From Chrysomallon squamiferum (lineage: Eukaryota > Animalia > Mollusca), in contig CM022670.1 in NCBI GenBank assembly GCA_012295275.1, forward strand, positions 16,926,001-16,990,000: 64,000 bases of DNA, given 5' to 3'. Under the pieces are notes generated by a model that saw only the letters and a program-made list of their open reading frames with translations, was not told the origin of the DNA and did not search any database. The position numbers were made by a program, and so were the translations under genes. Within the stretch, counting starts at the first letter, position 1; each line of letters begins with the position of its first letter. Shown here piece by piece: positions 1 to 41,325 of this stretch.

Positions 1-279
1 GTACAAAAAAATCAACGCCAATTCTAACGACGAGACCAGGTAAGACTTACGATCGGAATAACTGGGACAACGTTTTTTTAATTACAGGTGTGATGTGATA
101 GGTGTACCTCTGTCCGTAATATTACTATAAAGTTTGGAACTGATAAAAACTTTTCTCATCTTATAACTGATTTATTGAATATTTATAAATCTTAGATAAG
201 CGATACCAAGACAAAAATTTTACTGGATTTCATTTTACTATCCAGGCCAAATTTCCCCCATCCTAAACTAAGAATCTTC

Positions 280-312
<33 letters not shown>

Positions 313-337
313 TCAGTTATAGTAGTAGTAGTAGTTA

Positions 338-403
<66 letters not shown>

Positions 404-741
404 CAATCAGTTTCTAATAATGTAAGCATGCAATAGACTTTTCTAAAAAGCCGTGAATCATTCATCATCTTAGGATAAATTAGCATTCAAAATTATATTA
501 CTGTTGATAAAATAACTTCAGAACTCACAAAGCATAGATTATTTTATGTATAAAAATTATCTTGAATTTTATTTTGGTTACATATGAAAATTATTTATCT
601 GAAGATCTAAACGATGTATTAATACATTTAACGGGTTGTTGTTGTTATTATTGTTGTTGTTGTTTTCTTCAGATCTTCACTGGAGACCTATGTCGCAGTA
701 AGCACTGGGTTGATCATGCACAGCGACGACATCGAATTCAA
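1..741 (+). CDS. possible exons of a gene entering from the left edge (unknown product)
   Basis: Exon end at 39 (CAG|GTAAGA) and exon 673-741 (ttttcttcag acceptor, AA|GTACGT donor, 69 nt) join in matching phase 2 to give YKKINANSNDETR-SSLETYVAVSTGLIMHSDDIEFK. No recognisable family. Confidence 0.3.
279..403. repeat. (TAA)n then (TAG)n microsatellite
   Basis: Directly visible trinucleotide arrays. Confidence 0.95.
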
Positions 742-993
742 GTACGTCATCAGCATTTATTATTTTATATGATATTGAAAATAATTTATCAGTAATTTCA
801 TTAACATCAGTCAGAAATATTTTAGTCTAGTATAGTAATAGAAACGGACTGTCAAAGGGACATAATTCGTGAGCGTCTACACGTGTGAGTATGGATGTGT
901 ATATGTATTTATTTTAGTATCTGTATATGTGGCTTTTCTGAATTGTTTGGATAACAATTTATGTGCTTTAATTGCAGGATGGTGCTAGAATTA

Positions 994-994
<1 letters not shown>

Positions 995-1053
<59 letters not shown>
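995..1053. repeat. (TG)n microsatellite
   Basis: Directly visible. Confidence 0.95.
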
Positions 1054-1055
<2 letters not shown>

Positions 1056-1523
1056 ACGCCAGTACTAAAATAATAATTTGTACAGTTTACATGATAGCAA
1101 GAACAAAAATAAATAACATTTTCTTCAACCAACTTTAGATTATCTCATTTATTTATCAAAGATAATTTCCTGTTTTTGTGATAATATGAACAAATAGCAC
1201 CATTACAAGAACACCTTCAAGGGTGTCCTCCTTTTCTGCCTGCATTCCGTTTGTCAAAACCTGAAAACTAGTGACATCACTTGTTAACTAACTCGAATAT
1301 GTTAAAGATTTTCATTTTAATCTTAACTGTTTAATATTATACAATTTTCGCATAAGTATGAGACCCCGAAATAACAAGGACTGTTTCACTATTAATTGGA
1401 CGTGTATTTTTTTTTCATACATTATAAGCAAGCTAAGTCAATCATAATAAAATGTCTTTAATTATAGCTTGTCAAACGTGTTTGAATGTACTTATATATA
1501 ACTTACCCTTATTTATTTTTTAT

Positions 1524-1562
<39 letters not shown>

Positions 1563-2403
1563 TTGTTGTCAAGATGGAAAATTTAAGTTAACATTTTTAT
1601 TATTTATTTATTTAGTATACTGACGTGGCCAATCTTTCTGTCTGAGCAAGCTCTCTACCTCATTTGTAACCGACCCAACATGGTGAACGCTGGAAGTCTT
1701 TGGAATCAATAATTTAACAAGTTTTTTTTTTTTTTTTTCACTGACTCTTAAAACTTTGGCTTGATGCATGCTGTGATTATTCAGTTAATTTATTTTATTT
1801 TAAAAAAAAAGGATTCTTTTATTATTGATTTACTTAATTTAAAACCTACATCAGTTTAGTGAACATTTTATCAAATCATTTTCCATTTTGATGATCATTA
1901 ATTTTATTTATTATTTAAAAACGTGTTAGTTTTATCATATAATTCAGTGCTAGACAAATTCAAATATAAAGTTTAAAATGTATCTGAAGAAATCATGTCA
2001 ATTTGAGGAATTGCAGAATACAGCAGTGTACAGGTCTTGAAAGTGCCTTATATGTAACTAATATTATAAATGATTACAAAGCAGAAATAACTATAAAGAA
2101 TTTTTTATATTTTTAAAAGTAATTCTCTTTACGACGTGGTTACGACACTCTCAGTCTAACAAAAACATCTTCCTCCGAGAAGAAAAATAGACCAGTGAGT
2201 TGTTTTATTAAACACAAACAACAACACAATAAATATGTAATATAGGTACATTTAACATCAGTTTTCCCAAATCTTTCTTTCAAGAGTCTTTCTGGAATAT
2301 TTATTTATCCGTACCAAAAGAGCTTACATAATAATAATGATGATGATGATGATGATAATAATAAAATAAGTTGATGATTATGACGAGGATGATGATGATG
2401 ATG

Positions 2404-2447
<44 letters not shown>

Positions 2448-2658
2448 TTAACAAAACACCTCATGTATATTCCTATATCTCTAAACTACAATGCACTGCT
2501 AGAAACTCAAATTATTAAATGTAAATTAATGATAAAGCTTTACTAGTATTTCTAAATGGTGCATGTTTATTACTACAGGCCATATCAATAAAATATGTTT
2601 CAAAATTAATTTCAAAAAACTTGGTCCTAATTTCATACTGTACAAACGAGTTGTGGAC

Positions 2659-2899
2659 TATCAATATCCACAAAATCGATCTCTTTCATGTACCACTGTT
2701 TTGCCAACAAGAATACACACTGATTAAAGATATTAGCATATCAGTAGTGTTACTGATTTTTATATATTTAAATAACTTTACTGAACTATCAACGTCCGTA
2801 AAATCGATCTGGTACATGTACCAGTGTTTTGTTACAAAAATACATCTTGATTAAAGATATCAGCATGTCAGTAGGGTTACTGATTTTTATATGTTTAAT

Positions 2900-2900
<1 letters not shown>
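2659..2900. repeat. diverged tandem duplication, ~128-bp unit x2
   Basis: tatcaa..aaaatcgatct..catgtacca.tgtttt..tgattaaagatat.agcat.tcagtag.gttactgatttttatat occurs at ~2659 and ~2787. Confidence 0.75.
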
Positions 2901-3045
<145 letters not shown>

Positions 3046-4046
3046 TGTGCGTATATTATTTTCGAAATGTGTATTTTACAAACAAATTTAGTTTTTAAAT
3101 AAATTCAATTCTCATCCTGTTGTACATTCATTTTTAACAAGATATAAATCAGATTTTTGACATTTCCTCTTTCTTATATGACAACATATGAGGTTATTAA
3201 GCCATTTTTAAATATGTCATTGTGACTGAACAATAAATTTTAAAAATATCTCACGTCTTTATTCAAAATATTGTACACCATTAAATATAACAGCTAAATT
3301 ATATTTCACATTCATATAAATGCTGTATGTCTTGATATCCCAAGATGCTATGGTAAAAAAACCTAATCGACCTTCGCCCATTGGGCCGTTTCTAGTCATG
3401 CCCGTAAGACTTCAGTATCAAAGTCCATGATGTGTATTTTAATATCTACTAGAAATTCAACATTTCAGATTATTTGCTTCTAATCAAACCAGTGACACGA
3501 CAGCTGGTTCCTCTCACCTTACATCATCGAAACAGTTAACATTAAAATGCGTGTTGTTATACAAATATTTCCAGTTACAAAGAGTTAAACTTTTAATAAC
3601 ATGATTTGTCATATAAAGATAGATAGATAGATAGATAGATACATAGATAGATAGACAGATAGATAGAAATATTAAAATTCGGTAACTGAAAACATTTATA
3701 TAAGACATATTTTAATATTAACACACATATAAACGGTTATGTATGTAATATATATCTTTCATTAAGCTAAGAGGAATATATGTCATTTATTTTTTATGTT
3801 ACCCATCCCCCTCAGTTTTACTGGCTTCAAAAAACAAATAATATGAATGTTAACTTCAATATTTAGTGTAGCACAGAATATTAAAATGCGTACAAGTATT
3901 TATAAATGGAAGTAAAACTTACTAGTATAAATATAAGATTTAAAAAGTACAGTCAGAAAACCTTAAACTGAATTTTTTTTCAGTAACTACTTAAAAAAAG
4001 AAGAAAATTTGCCAGTTATAATTTAAAAGTCAAAGTGTCTGTATAT

Positions 4047-4082
<36 letters not shown>

Positions 4083-4345
4083 AAATAAAAGAACATTGCT
4101 AGTTTGATGTGCGCGTATATGTTAAAAAAACAACAAAATAATTTTTTTTTTAAAGATTCGCTAGTCATAACCGAGAATAAATATATCTATTCACAGCAAT
4201 ATATTTTGTAACGTAAACATTAAGCAAAATAACTGAAAACAAAGAACAAGAAAGGAGCAAACCTTTCGCTCCTATTTTAAACGAAATAACGAAATGACAA
4301 ATAGTTACAACCTCATCTTTGTCATTTCGATTATTAAAGCTAAAA

Positions 4346-6525
4346 TTATTGTTTAATCCAAACAACGGTATCGTGATCATGTTTTAGCTCACTGTCAGAA
4401 AGAAATTCTCCGTTCAGGCTTGTCTTAGCTTTGTATCCACGCTCAGAAAAGAACTCTGAAATATACTTAGTTCCGTTTTCGTTCTCTGTTGGAATCCAGT
4501 GCATTAATACGTAATATATGTGGAGTTCGTCAAAGAATCTAGCGGCTCGTCTGAAAGCTGCGTATTCATCTCCCTGTATGTCTATTTTCAAAACAACAGA
4601 TTTAAACGGAACCACTTTCCTCAGATCGTTAAGAGTTATAGTTCTCACCAGATCGTGAACGTTTCCAGAGAAAGACTTAAGCTCTTCGAGACTCAGATGT
4701 GAAGTGCGAGCATCTGCAAGATTTCCAAACGGGCGATAGATCATTTCAGCAATACCGCGATAATCAGTGATGGCGTTTGTCACTAGAGTGATTAAACCGG
4801 GAGGAAATCTGTTGAAGAGGATTGTCTTGTGGAACGGTAAAATGTTCATCTGCAGGGGTTCGACAGCTACGACTGAGCGCCCCATCGCCGCAGCTGTGAT
4901 CGTGAACACACCCAGTGTAGATCCGAGGTCGATCACGTGGTACGATTTGTTGCTGCGTAGAATTGTCTTAAACATTTCTATCTCCTTGGTTTCCCACAAT
5001 CCTTTGTATTTGAGAGAACGCGAGAGAGGGATGTCTAAGTTTGGGTTGTTGATGCAGATCAGTGGGTGCGGTTTCACTGTTTTCAGACTGACGCAGTCAA
5101 ACACGCCCGGCACGTCTTTCGTCAAGTCATCCGTGTCCACTTTTGTGGGATCAGTCTTCAGTTGATGAAGAATGTTGATAATCCTGGAACTGTTTGCCTG
5201 CCACGCGTCTAAGTCTATCATATCACCTGTAATATCTTGTTCACTGACGTTTATCGACAAATGATGTGACTTAACAGTCTGAACTGTGGTTGGTGTTTCG
5301 CTAAACTTGCTTGCTGCTGTTGTTACCCTGCTTGTTGCTGTTGTTACCCTGCTTGTTGCTGTTGTTACCCTACTTGTTACTGTTGTTACGCTGCTTGTTG
5401 ACGTCGTATTCGTGTAATATGAATTTGCTGCAGTTGTTCTGTTAACGTGTTTCTGGTTGTTTCTGTTTAATTCCCATTCTAAACTTTCTAGAGTGGACTG
5501 CAACAACGCTATACTTTCCATGATCCTTCTCCTGTCTTCAGGTTTAGCTAATTTCCGTTGTTCTAACAGACTCTGAATTCGACGTGTAAGTAAATTTCTT
5601 GTTATATAAAGCGGACCTCTGTCACTGTCGTTATGCATCTTCGATTCTGAGACTGGGTTCATTGTAGACTGATGCGAATCTAGGTAACTATGACTATCGT
5701 TATCGTACCTGGTACCGTTGCTACTCGCTCTGTAATCTTTCTGTGTCCCGTTCTGTCGTCTGTTCCACGCTTGCTGTGTTTTTGAATCATTTAATCCGTG
5801 GAATGCGTTCTGCCTCTCAGTTTTAAACTCACCGTGCACATTGTAAGATTTAGTGGTTTCCATGTTTCTAGTTGCATCGCTTTCGAAAAGCGAATGATCA
5901 TCATCATCAGTAGTTTCAAATCTGTCGTTTGGATTCTCACTAACCGCTGCTCTGACAGTCTGGCTGGTTTTATCAACCGTAACCTGTGATGATGCTGTCG
6001 TTGTTACTGTTGTTTGTGGTGTTCTTGTTGTTGCTTTGTCACTAGCAAGAATCCACAGTTTAGCTAGAAGACCAGCCACATCTAATCCTGAATCTTTTGC
6101 AAGTTGTTTTAATTTTTTTCGTAATTTTGAGAAGGAATCGGATTTTGTGTCGGAATCAGTAACGTCGTTTGACGGTGTGGACGTTGAGCTGTGTGCGGAT
6201 ATCAGTGTTTGATACAACCGATTTGGCATCTCCGTAGAAGCAATACGATCTGTCGTTGTATAACCAGGCTTTTTTCTGTTTTTTGAGGTTCCTGGACATT
6301 GAAAGAATGATCGCCTATCGGCCATTTGTTATGAGAGAATATTTTTTTCAGTTGTTCCTGATTAAAATGAATAAGAGAAAAATCGTGGGGCGTTCCCTTT
6401 ATCCTTACAACATAGGCACAAAAACAGATCAACACAACAAACACTGCGACCAGTATCATTATTGTTTTCTTCATTCGCCTCATTTCGCTAGTGTATTCGT
6501 GTTTTTTAAATTCCACATCGGCCAT
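4346..6525 (-). CDS. type II membrane FkbM/Methyltransf_21-family SAM-dependent methyltransferase with long Ser/Thr-rich stem (~726 aa; one frame break)
   Basis: ATG at 6525 (gtgaaaATGg) gives MADVEFKK..KKTIMILVAVFVVLICFCAYVVR (signal anchor). Adding one base between ~6330 and ~6205 (A runs at 6270-6284) joins it to ORF 4346-6325. The C-terminal domain has GLWE, VIDLGSTLGVFT..AAAMGRSVVAVEP, NAITD, VLKIDIQGDE, VLMHW and DTVVWIK, matching the FkbM pattern. No introns in the CDS. Confidence 0.85.
5311..5400 (-). repeat. coding 21-bp tandem repeat (VTTATSR-like x4) in mucin-like stem
   Basis: ttgctgttgttaccctgcttg unit repeated; translates to VTTVTSR VTTATSR VTTATSR VTTAASK. Confidence 0.85.
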
Positions 6526-8014
6526 TTTCACAGTAGGCCAATCATGTCAGTGTGTAAAACGTCAAACAGTAATAATTAAAATACCTCACAGATTTTCAAC
6601 AAAGCTTCCCAATATGTGTACATTTAAGCAGATGTTTCAATAATAACCGACTCTGTTGTTGACGTCGACAGCCAGTCCAGTCACGCTATCGATGTCGTAT
6701 TGATCAGTGAAGGAGTTACTTACAGTTTATTTAATGTAAATAACACTAAGGAGGTTTTGACTTCTTAATTTGATATCATCAAAATGTGTTTATCTTTGTG
6801 TTACTAAATCCATTTAGGTGACAGATAACACCAACTCTGTGAACTGGATACAAAGCCTGCAATATGAAATTTGAAAAAACACTTCAAAACATTGTTAACT
6901 ATTTCTTTATGGATCAAATATGAGCGATGTTACAAATATTTTTCACTCAATGTTTAACTGAGTAGTAAATCTTAACAGAACAAACAATTATTGTCCATTA
7001 GACGATAGCAATAGCGTATATTTAAAATTAGTTTAAGATGTAGAAAAAAATTCAGTTTGAACGTCTTGTTTGACAGTTGTATATTAAGGTATTCAAGAAC
7101 ACAGCTGATATTGATATTTATTTCATGTATATACCTCTGTGCAAGCCTTGTTTACGCTATAACAGTATACAGCCAGTAAATACTGAAGACAAAAACCAAG
7201 TCGATCTTGAGAAAAAATTGTTCAGTTTGATTAACAATACTATAAAACTATGTTCATCGATTTTCTGTTATTTGGTATTTCATACTAATACATTTTCTTA
7301 AAACCACGAACATAAATTTTCTATCATTTGAAAATTTATACTTATACATTTTTTAAATACAAAGTTTTGTTTAGTAGGAAATATTTCTGTATCTACCTCC
7401 CTAAATATCTGAAAATACATAACACTGTATTCGACAAAGCAACCGTTGTGTACTAGCTGGAGTAGAATGAAACTGAACTGTCGCACCAAAGAGATTTGAT
7501 CCAGCGACCTGTGATAACGTAGACGAGCAACCCAAGCAACGACTAACAGTCAGAACTGCGATGAAGAAGTATAATAACAGTAATGAATTAAATAAATATG
7601 TTTATGTTTAGAAACAAATAACAAAGAAAAAAGATTTGCTGTATTCAGGCATACAGGCAATTACGAACTCTGCGTAGCTGTTTGGGCGTATGTTGGTCTG
7701 TATGTGCGTGTGCGCGCGCGTTTGTCGATGTATTCATGCAAACATAGGCCTACATACAGACAGACACACATACACAGACATTCATAAATGCATTAATAAT
7801 AGCGATCAGTTTCATTCGAAGAATCATTATATTAATGACTGTTATGACATATATTTATCACTAATCCTAAATCTAGGATACTTGAAAAGTGTTGAGAATA
7901 TTAACAAATAGTTGGCTAGTCTTTCAAGTTTATTTGCACTACCGCCTGAGGTCATGTTGCTTTGTGCGGCTGATCTACCGAAGTAAAGAAAAATCATTCG
8001 GCAAAAGACAACAG

Positions 8015-9545
8015 GTAAGAATGCAGTTCACTTTGTTTATACTAAATTTAGAGTTCGGTCTTTGTTTAATTGGTTTACTGTTTGTCTAAGTTATTATACC
8101 ACTCTCGCCAGTTTACTTACAATCATATCGATTCATTTTAAATATGCGTGAACGGATGCAGGTATGTGACTATGTCGGTGCTAAATGTTGTTAAGTAATT
8201 TGTATTTCCTGCATGTATTTCGGACTATTAATCGGAAACAAGTCTAATGTAAGTAAGAAGGTAATCGTACGATCATTTGCGAGTTTTAAAACTTAACTGA
8301 ATTCTATTATTATGTCTGCAATAAGTATTTCAACGTAAAGATATTTCAAACATTGTTGTTTCAATGCCGAAGTAAATACAAAATACGTAAATAGCCCAGT
8401 TTATAATTTCCTTTGAATTTCCTCGCAGTGATATAATGAATATTATGGACTATAATAATACATGTTAAAGATTATGTCAATATATAATATAAAAAGAAAG
8501 TAAATTAAATAGTTACATCTGTAACTTTATTTGTAAAAAAAAATAAAAAAAAATAAGCACAACAGCGGACATGTTTATCGTGTTACGGGAGATAACTCTG
8601 ATTTATTTCAATAAACATTTCATAAGTAGTGGTTTAGATAAAACTATTACATTGCACCATTATATGGCGATGTTATAAAAAAATATATTTTGCTAACAAA
8701 ATTTACATATAAAATTTGCTGATTTAATTATTAATGATCATATGTTATTTTTGTTGTTGTTGTTGTTGTTGTATCTAATTAAAAAACGAGAGTGAAGAAA
8801 CATTAAGGATACTACGGTCAAAAGCAAACTAAACAATTAAAATGCAAACACAAATATTTAAAAAAATGGCCCATGGAGGAAGACAAACAACCAAAATTTA
8901 TTTCAGTCAAATTCCATTCGACAACTAAATTCAATATTAAGGGGAAACAGATATCTTAGTATCCATGGACAACATTCCCTTTCTGTGAAAATGAGAGTGA
9001 TGAAAATTTTTTTTTATCTCTCCATAAAGAAATGTATTTGATATTCTGGTTACAGGCCTAGGTTTATTTCTAATGGCGTCTTGTTAAAGTCGGATATTGT
9101 TGTTCTGGATATAACTAAATAATCAAAAAAAACCTCGTATCTTGAACTGTGAAATATATCAGATATCTGCAATACATTTCTTTAGCGATATTTTAACTAA
9201 TTAGTAAATTCGGACCATTATTATAGATTACTGTGAAGATTACCCTTTAAATATTTTCATCTTTATCTTCATAATTTAAAGACTTATACTGCTAAGAACT
9301 GTATTTTTCTTATTAATTAAATGAATATTTTGTCTTTGACAAGTCTCTCTTTATTGACATACTGTTAATACAGTCAAGGTAATAAATAAAAGCATTATTT
9401 GTGGTGCACTGACTGGGAATTAAGAAATGTATATACATAAACACATTAATTGTGTAATATTATATTTACATTTTTTCATATTTTTGTTTTGTTTTATCTG
9501 TCTATTAAATGTAAATTATTATTATTATTTATTTATTCTTTTTAG
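8015..9545 (+). other. probable 5'UTR intron of the plus-strand methyltransferase
   Basis: Strong donor CAG|GTAAGA at 8014/8015; polypyrimidine tract and tttag acceptor at 9545, 21 nt before the ATG. Confidence 0.5.
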
Positions 9546-9566
9546 AGAGAGAAAACATCTCATGCA

Positions 9567-10604
9567 ATGTTTATACGTCGAACTGCACTGGTTGTAATAA
9601 GTCTTTTGGTCATTTTCCTGATACTACTTACAGTGCTGCCTTGGAGACCGAACAACAGACATTTTCCAGTTGACAGTATAAAGCAGTTTGTCACGACACA
9701 AAAGCCATTTCACAACTTCATAGATCCTGACGACATTCGAATTATAGAAAGTTTTTCTTCGCACAAGCGTGAGAATAAATCGGTCATTACCGGTGGAAAA
9801 ACAATTCCAAGAATCTACATTTACAAAGCTAAACTTATTAAAAGACGATCAGAATGCGTGCGACTCGAAACACCGAATGGATTCACCCCAATATGTATAT
9901 ATGACGTGAAAACCGACAGTCTGATGAGTTCGTTTATTAAAGACCATCGAACATGGGAATCGGATTACGTGAACGTCATGAACCAAGTTCTGCAGAAATA
10001 CCCCGATATGCATTTACTGGACATAGGCTGCAGCATAGGCGTGTACACACTGAATGCTGCCAAAATGGGACGCCAAGTCGTTGCAGTAGACGCTCTCAAG
10101 TCGAACATGGAATTGTTATACTCTTCGCTTGTTTATGGGAAACTGAAACGGAATGTGACTCTTGTGTGGAATGCACTGTCTGACGTACGAAAGCTCGTCA
10201 GTGTAAAAGTAGGGAAGAATAACATAGGAGGGTCTCATGTCGATCACGAACCACTGATTGAAAAGAAGTTATCGTTTCTGTACACATCTCCAACGGTAGA
10301 CGCCGTTTTTCTGGATGATCTGACAGAACTGGTGTCTTCCAAAATGCATAAAGTGTACATGAAAATAGACAGCGAAGGAAGTGAAGCCAAAATTCTAAGG
10401 AAAAGCTCGACTTTCTTCCAGTCGCTAGATGTTAGATACATCCAAATGGAATGGACGTTCCAAAGAAACAAGGATGGTTTAGAAATTTTGCAGTTTTTAA
10501 CTAGCTATGGATTTTTGCCTTACTCTGGTTTAGGTTTGAAAAAGGTTTTAGATCCCAGTCAATACGGAAGATGGCCAGATGACATTCTATGGATAAAAAG
10601 ATAA
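9567..10604 (+). CDS. type II membrane FkbM/Methyltransf_21-family SAM-dependent methyltransferase (345 aa)
   Basis: Intact single-exon ORF. N-terminal RR followed by TM (TALVVISLLVIFLILLTVL). Motifs TWE, LLDIGCSIGVYT..AAKMGRQVVAVDA, WNALSD, NIGGS, YMKIDSEGSE, YIQMEW, WPDDILWIK. Confidence 0.92.
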   Translation: MFIRRTALVVISLLVIFLILLTVLPWRPNNRHFPVDSIKQFVTTQKPFHNFIDPDDIRIIESFSSHKRENKSVITGGKTIPRIYIYKAKLIKRRSECVRLETPNGFTPICIYDVKTDSLMSSFIKDHRTWESDYVNVMNQVLQKYPDMHLLDIGCSIGVYTLNAAKMGRQVVAVDALKSNMELLYSSLVYGKLKRNVTLVWNALSDVRKLVSVKVGKNNIGGSHVDHEPLIEKKLSFLYTSPTVDAVFLDDLTELVSSKMHKVYMKIDSEGSEAKILRKSSTFFQSLDVRYIQMEWTFQRNKDGLEILQFLTSYGFLPYSGLGLKKVLDPSQYGRWPDDILWIKR

Positions 10605-11079
10605 TTTAAAAAAAAACAAGAAGCATCGAGCTAAGAAAAATATTTCAGAACCCATTCGGCATGTGTTATGATGACCAGATGTCATTATGACAAAAAAAGA
10701 CAATTCACACAGGCAATACAAATTATTCAGCTATCAAAACTGAACAAGGTTTAAACCTTTTTTAGAAGGTGATTCTGAAGGATCATCTTTAATATTTATA
10801 TAAGGAATGCTTGGCAGTGAGATCCTCTGATGGATCATGGCAAATATAAATCTTATATATTTTACTAAATATATCAAAGTAATCTGGATTATCATACAGA
10901 AACATTTTAAAGGAACGGACCAGATATTATAATATCTGTGATATCCTTAACATATCGCTAGATTCATCATTTATTAACATAATTTTCCAGATTTGCATTA
11001 AAAACAAAATTATATAAATATAGTATGTGTGGGTGGGTGGGTGTGTGCGATGGTCGTATAAACATGTGTGAGTGTGTAT

Positions 11080-11130
<51 letters not shown>

Positions 11131-11250
11131 TGTGTTAAAAATTTAAAAATTTAAAAATTTTCCAATATATATATAATTTATTTATTATTTTTTTATATTT
11201 TATTTCTTTTCCTTTGATTTGATTTGATTTGATTTGATTTATTTATTTAT

Positions 11251-11285
<35 letters not shown>

Positions 11286-12520
11286 TATTTTTTATTTTCT
11301 CTTTAATTTAATTATTTTAGTTTTCTTCTTTTATCTTTTAGCAGTATCTTCGGATCTTGATTTATCCTCACGTGTTTAAATATAAAAATTCACTTTTTAT
11401 GATATTTTTAATATTTCTAAAAATATATATATATATATATTTTTTTTTTTTTTAATTTTTATTTAATATCTTCTGTTGCAGATTTGTTCTTAAGTAAAAT
11501 ATTAACTTTTTGAAACGCAACAGTTTAATATCACTATTTTTCATTACTTTCTGTTTTAGATACTATTAAATACTATATATATAATTATTAATATGCTGTG
11601 GGTTTTAATTTATAAGTTTATTTTGGAGATATTAATATATTTTAATTTTATTTTATTTTAAAATTTTATTTATTTATTTTATTTTATTTTATTTATTTTA
11701 ATTTATTTTATTTGTTTCAGTTATTTTCTAATATATTTTTTTAAATTTAATTGTTTTGTGGGGTTTGTATTAATTTATATTTTATATGCAGATATTGTTT
11801 TTAATGAATAATATGTTTTTATTATAAAATTGTTATTATTTTTAATATATAATTTAATTTCTTATTATATTTTTTATGCATAATTTTAGTTACTTTTTAT
11901 TTCATTTTTTTTTTTTTATGGTTTAATATACTTGTTTTAATTTATTTTATATTATTTCATTTTACTTGTGTGTATGTTTTTAAATATTTTCCATGTTACC
12001 ATTGTTTTTATCCAGTCTATTTTTACTGTGTATTTTACTGTTACAATTATGAGGTCATACAGATCTGTAAAATTTTACATTTGTTTCATTGTTGTTTTCT
12101 TTTCTTTTAATTACTGCATTAACCTCATCTATAATAATAATAACAATAACAACAACCACAGTAACGAAGATGATTAATTTTAAAGTAAAAAAATCACAAA
12201 AATAATATGACGTCGACAGTAATGAAGTATATATATATATATAGATAGATAGATATATTACCACGAGTAATAACTATATCACAATAATAATATCTTACGA
12301 CAAAATAACAAGGTCAGTTTTTGATATATATATATATTACTTCACCTAGATTATTTGAGTACAGTCTGGTCTTGTGTGTGCGGTTGCGTGTGTGTGTGTG
12401 TGTTCTGAATGTTGCAGACGAGTGGTCACACCCAGACAGCTGAACAGACGAAAACAATAATTTGACGTGTTAGTCACAAAGTCATTGTCCTGTATAACAA
12501 AAGAGAAAACAACGACAAAC

Positions 12521-40840
<28,320 letters not shown>

Positions 40841-41294
40841 TATCTTTTTTTTTTCTCTCTCTTTTTTTTTTTTTACAGAAAAATTAAAATAAAGATATTG
40901 CAGAAATGAACAGTGTAAGAATGTGGTTGTAAAATGTCAAACTGAAAATGTATAATTATATTTTAAACAAAGGTTATGTTATTTTAAAAATATTTTGTGT
41001 ATATTCTTGTATATTTCATTGTTTAATGTACATAAACAAAGTTCACACCAGAAATGTATGTCCCATCCTCATCACACAGGACCAAAACTTTGTTGATAAT
41101 TTATTGTCAAGTGCTACTTTCAGAGATAATCTTTGTTACTTGTATATCTGCAGAATAGACAGTTAATTCATCTTTTTTTATTTTCCAATCAGTAATCATC
41201 TTGTCATTATTTTTTACTAATGTATATATTTTTTATTATTTCTTTTTTTTTTTTTTTTTTAAGATGCATTTTGGTTTACCTTTGTGTATATGTC

Positions 41295-41325
<31 letters not shown>

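Noticed and set aside
3355-3520. Segment resembling a degenerate molluscan SINE-like repeat (cccattgggccgtttct...cagctggttcctctc)
   Set aside because: The resemblance is from memory only and there is a single copy in the window; it needs a repeat library search.
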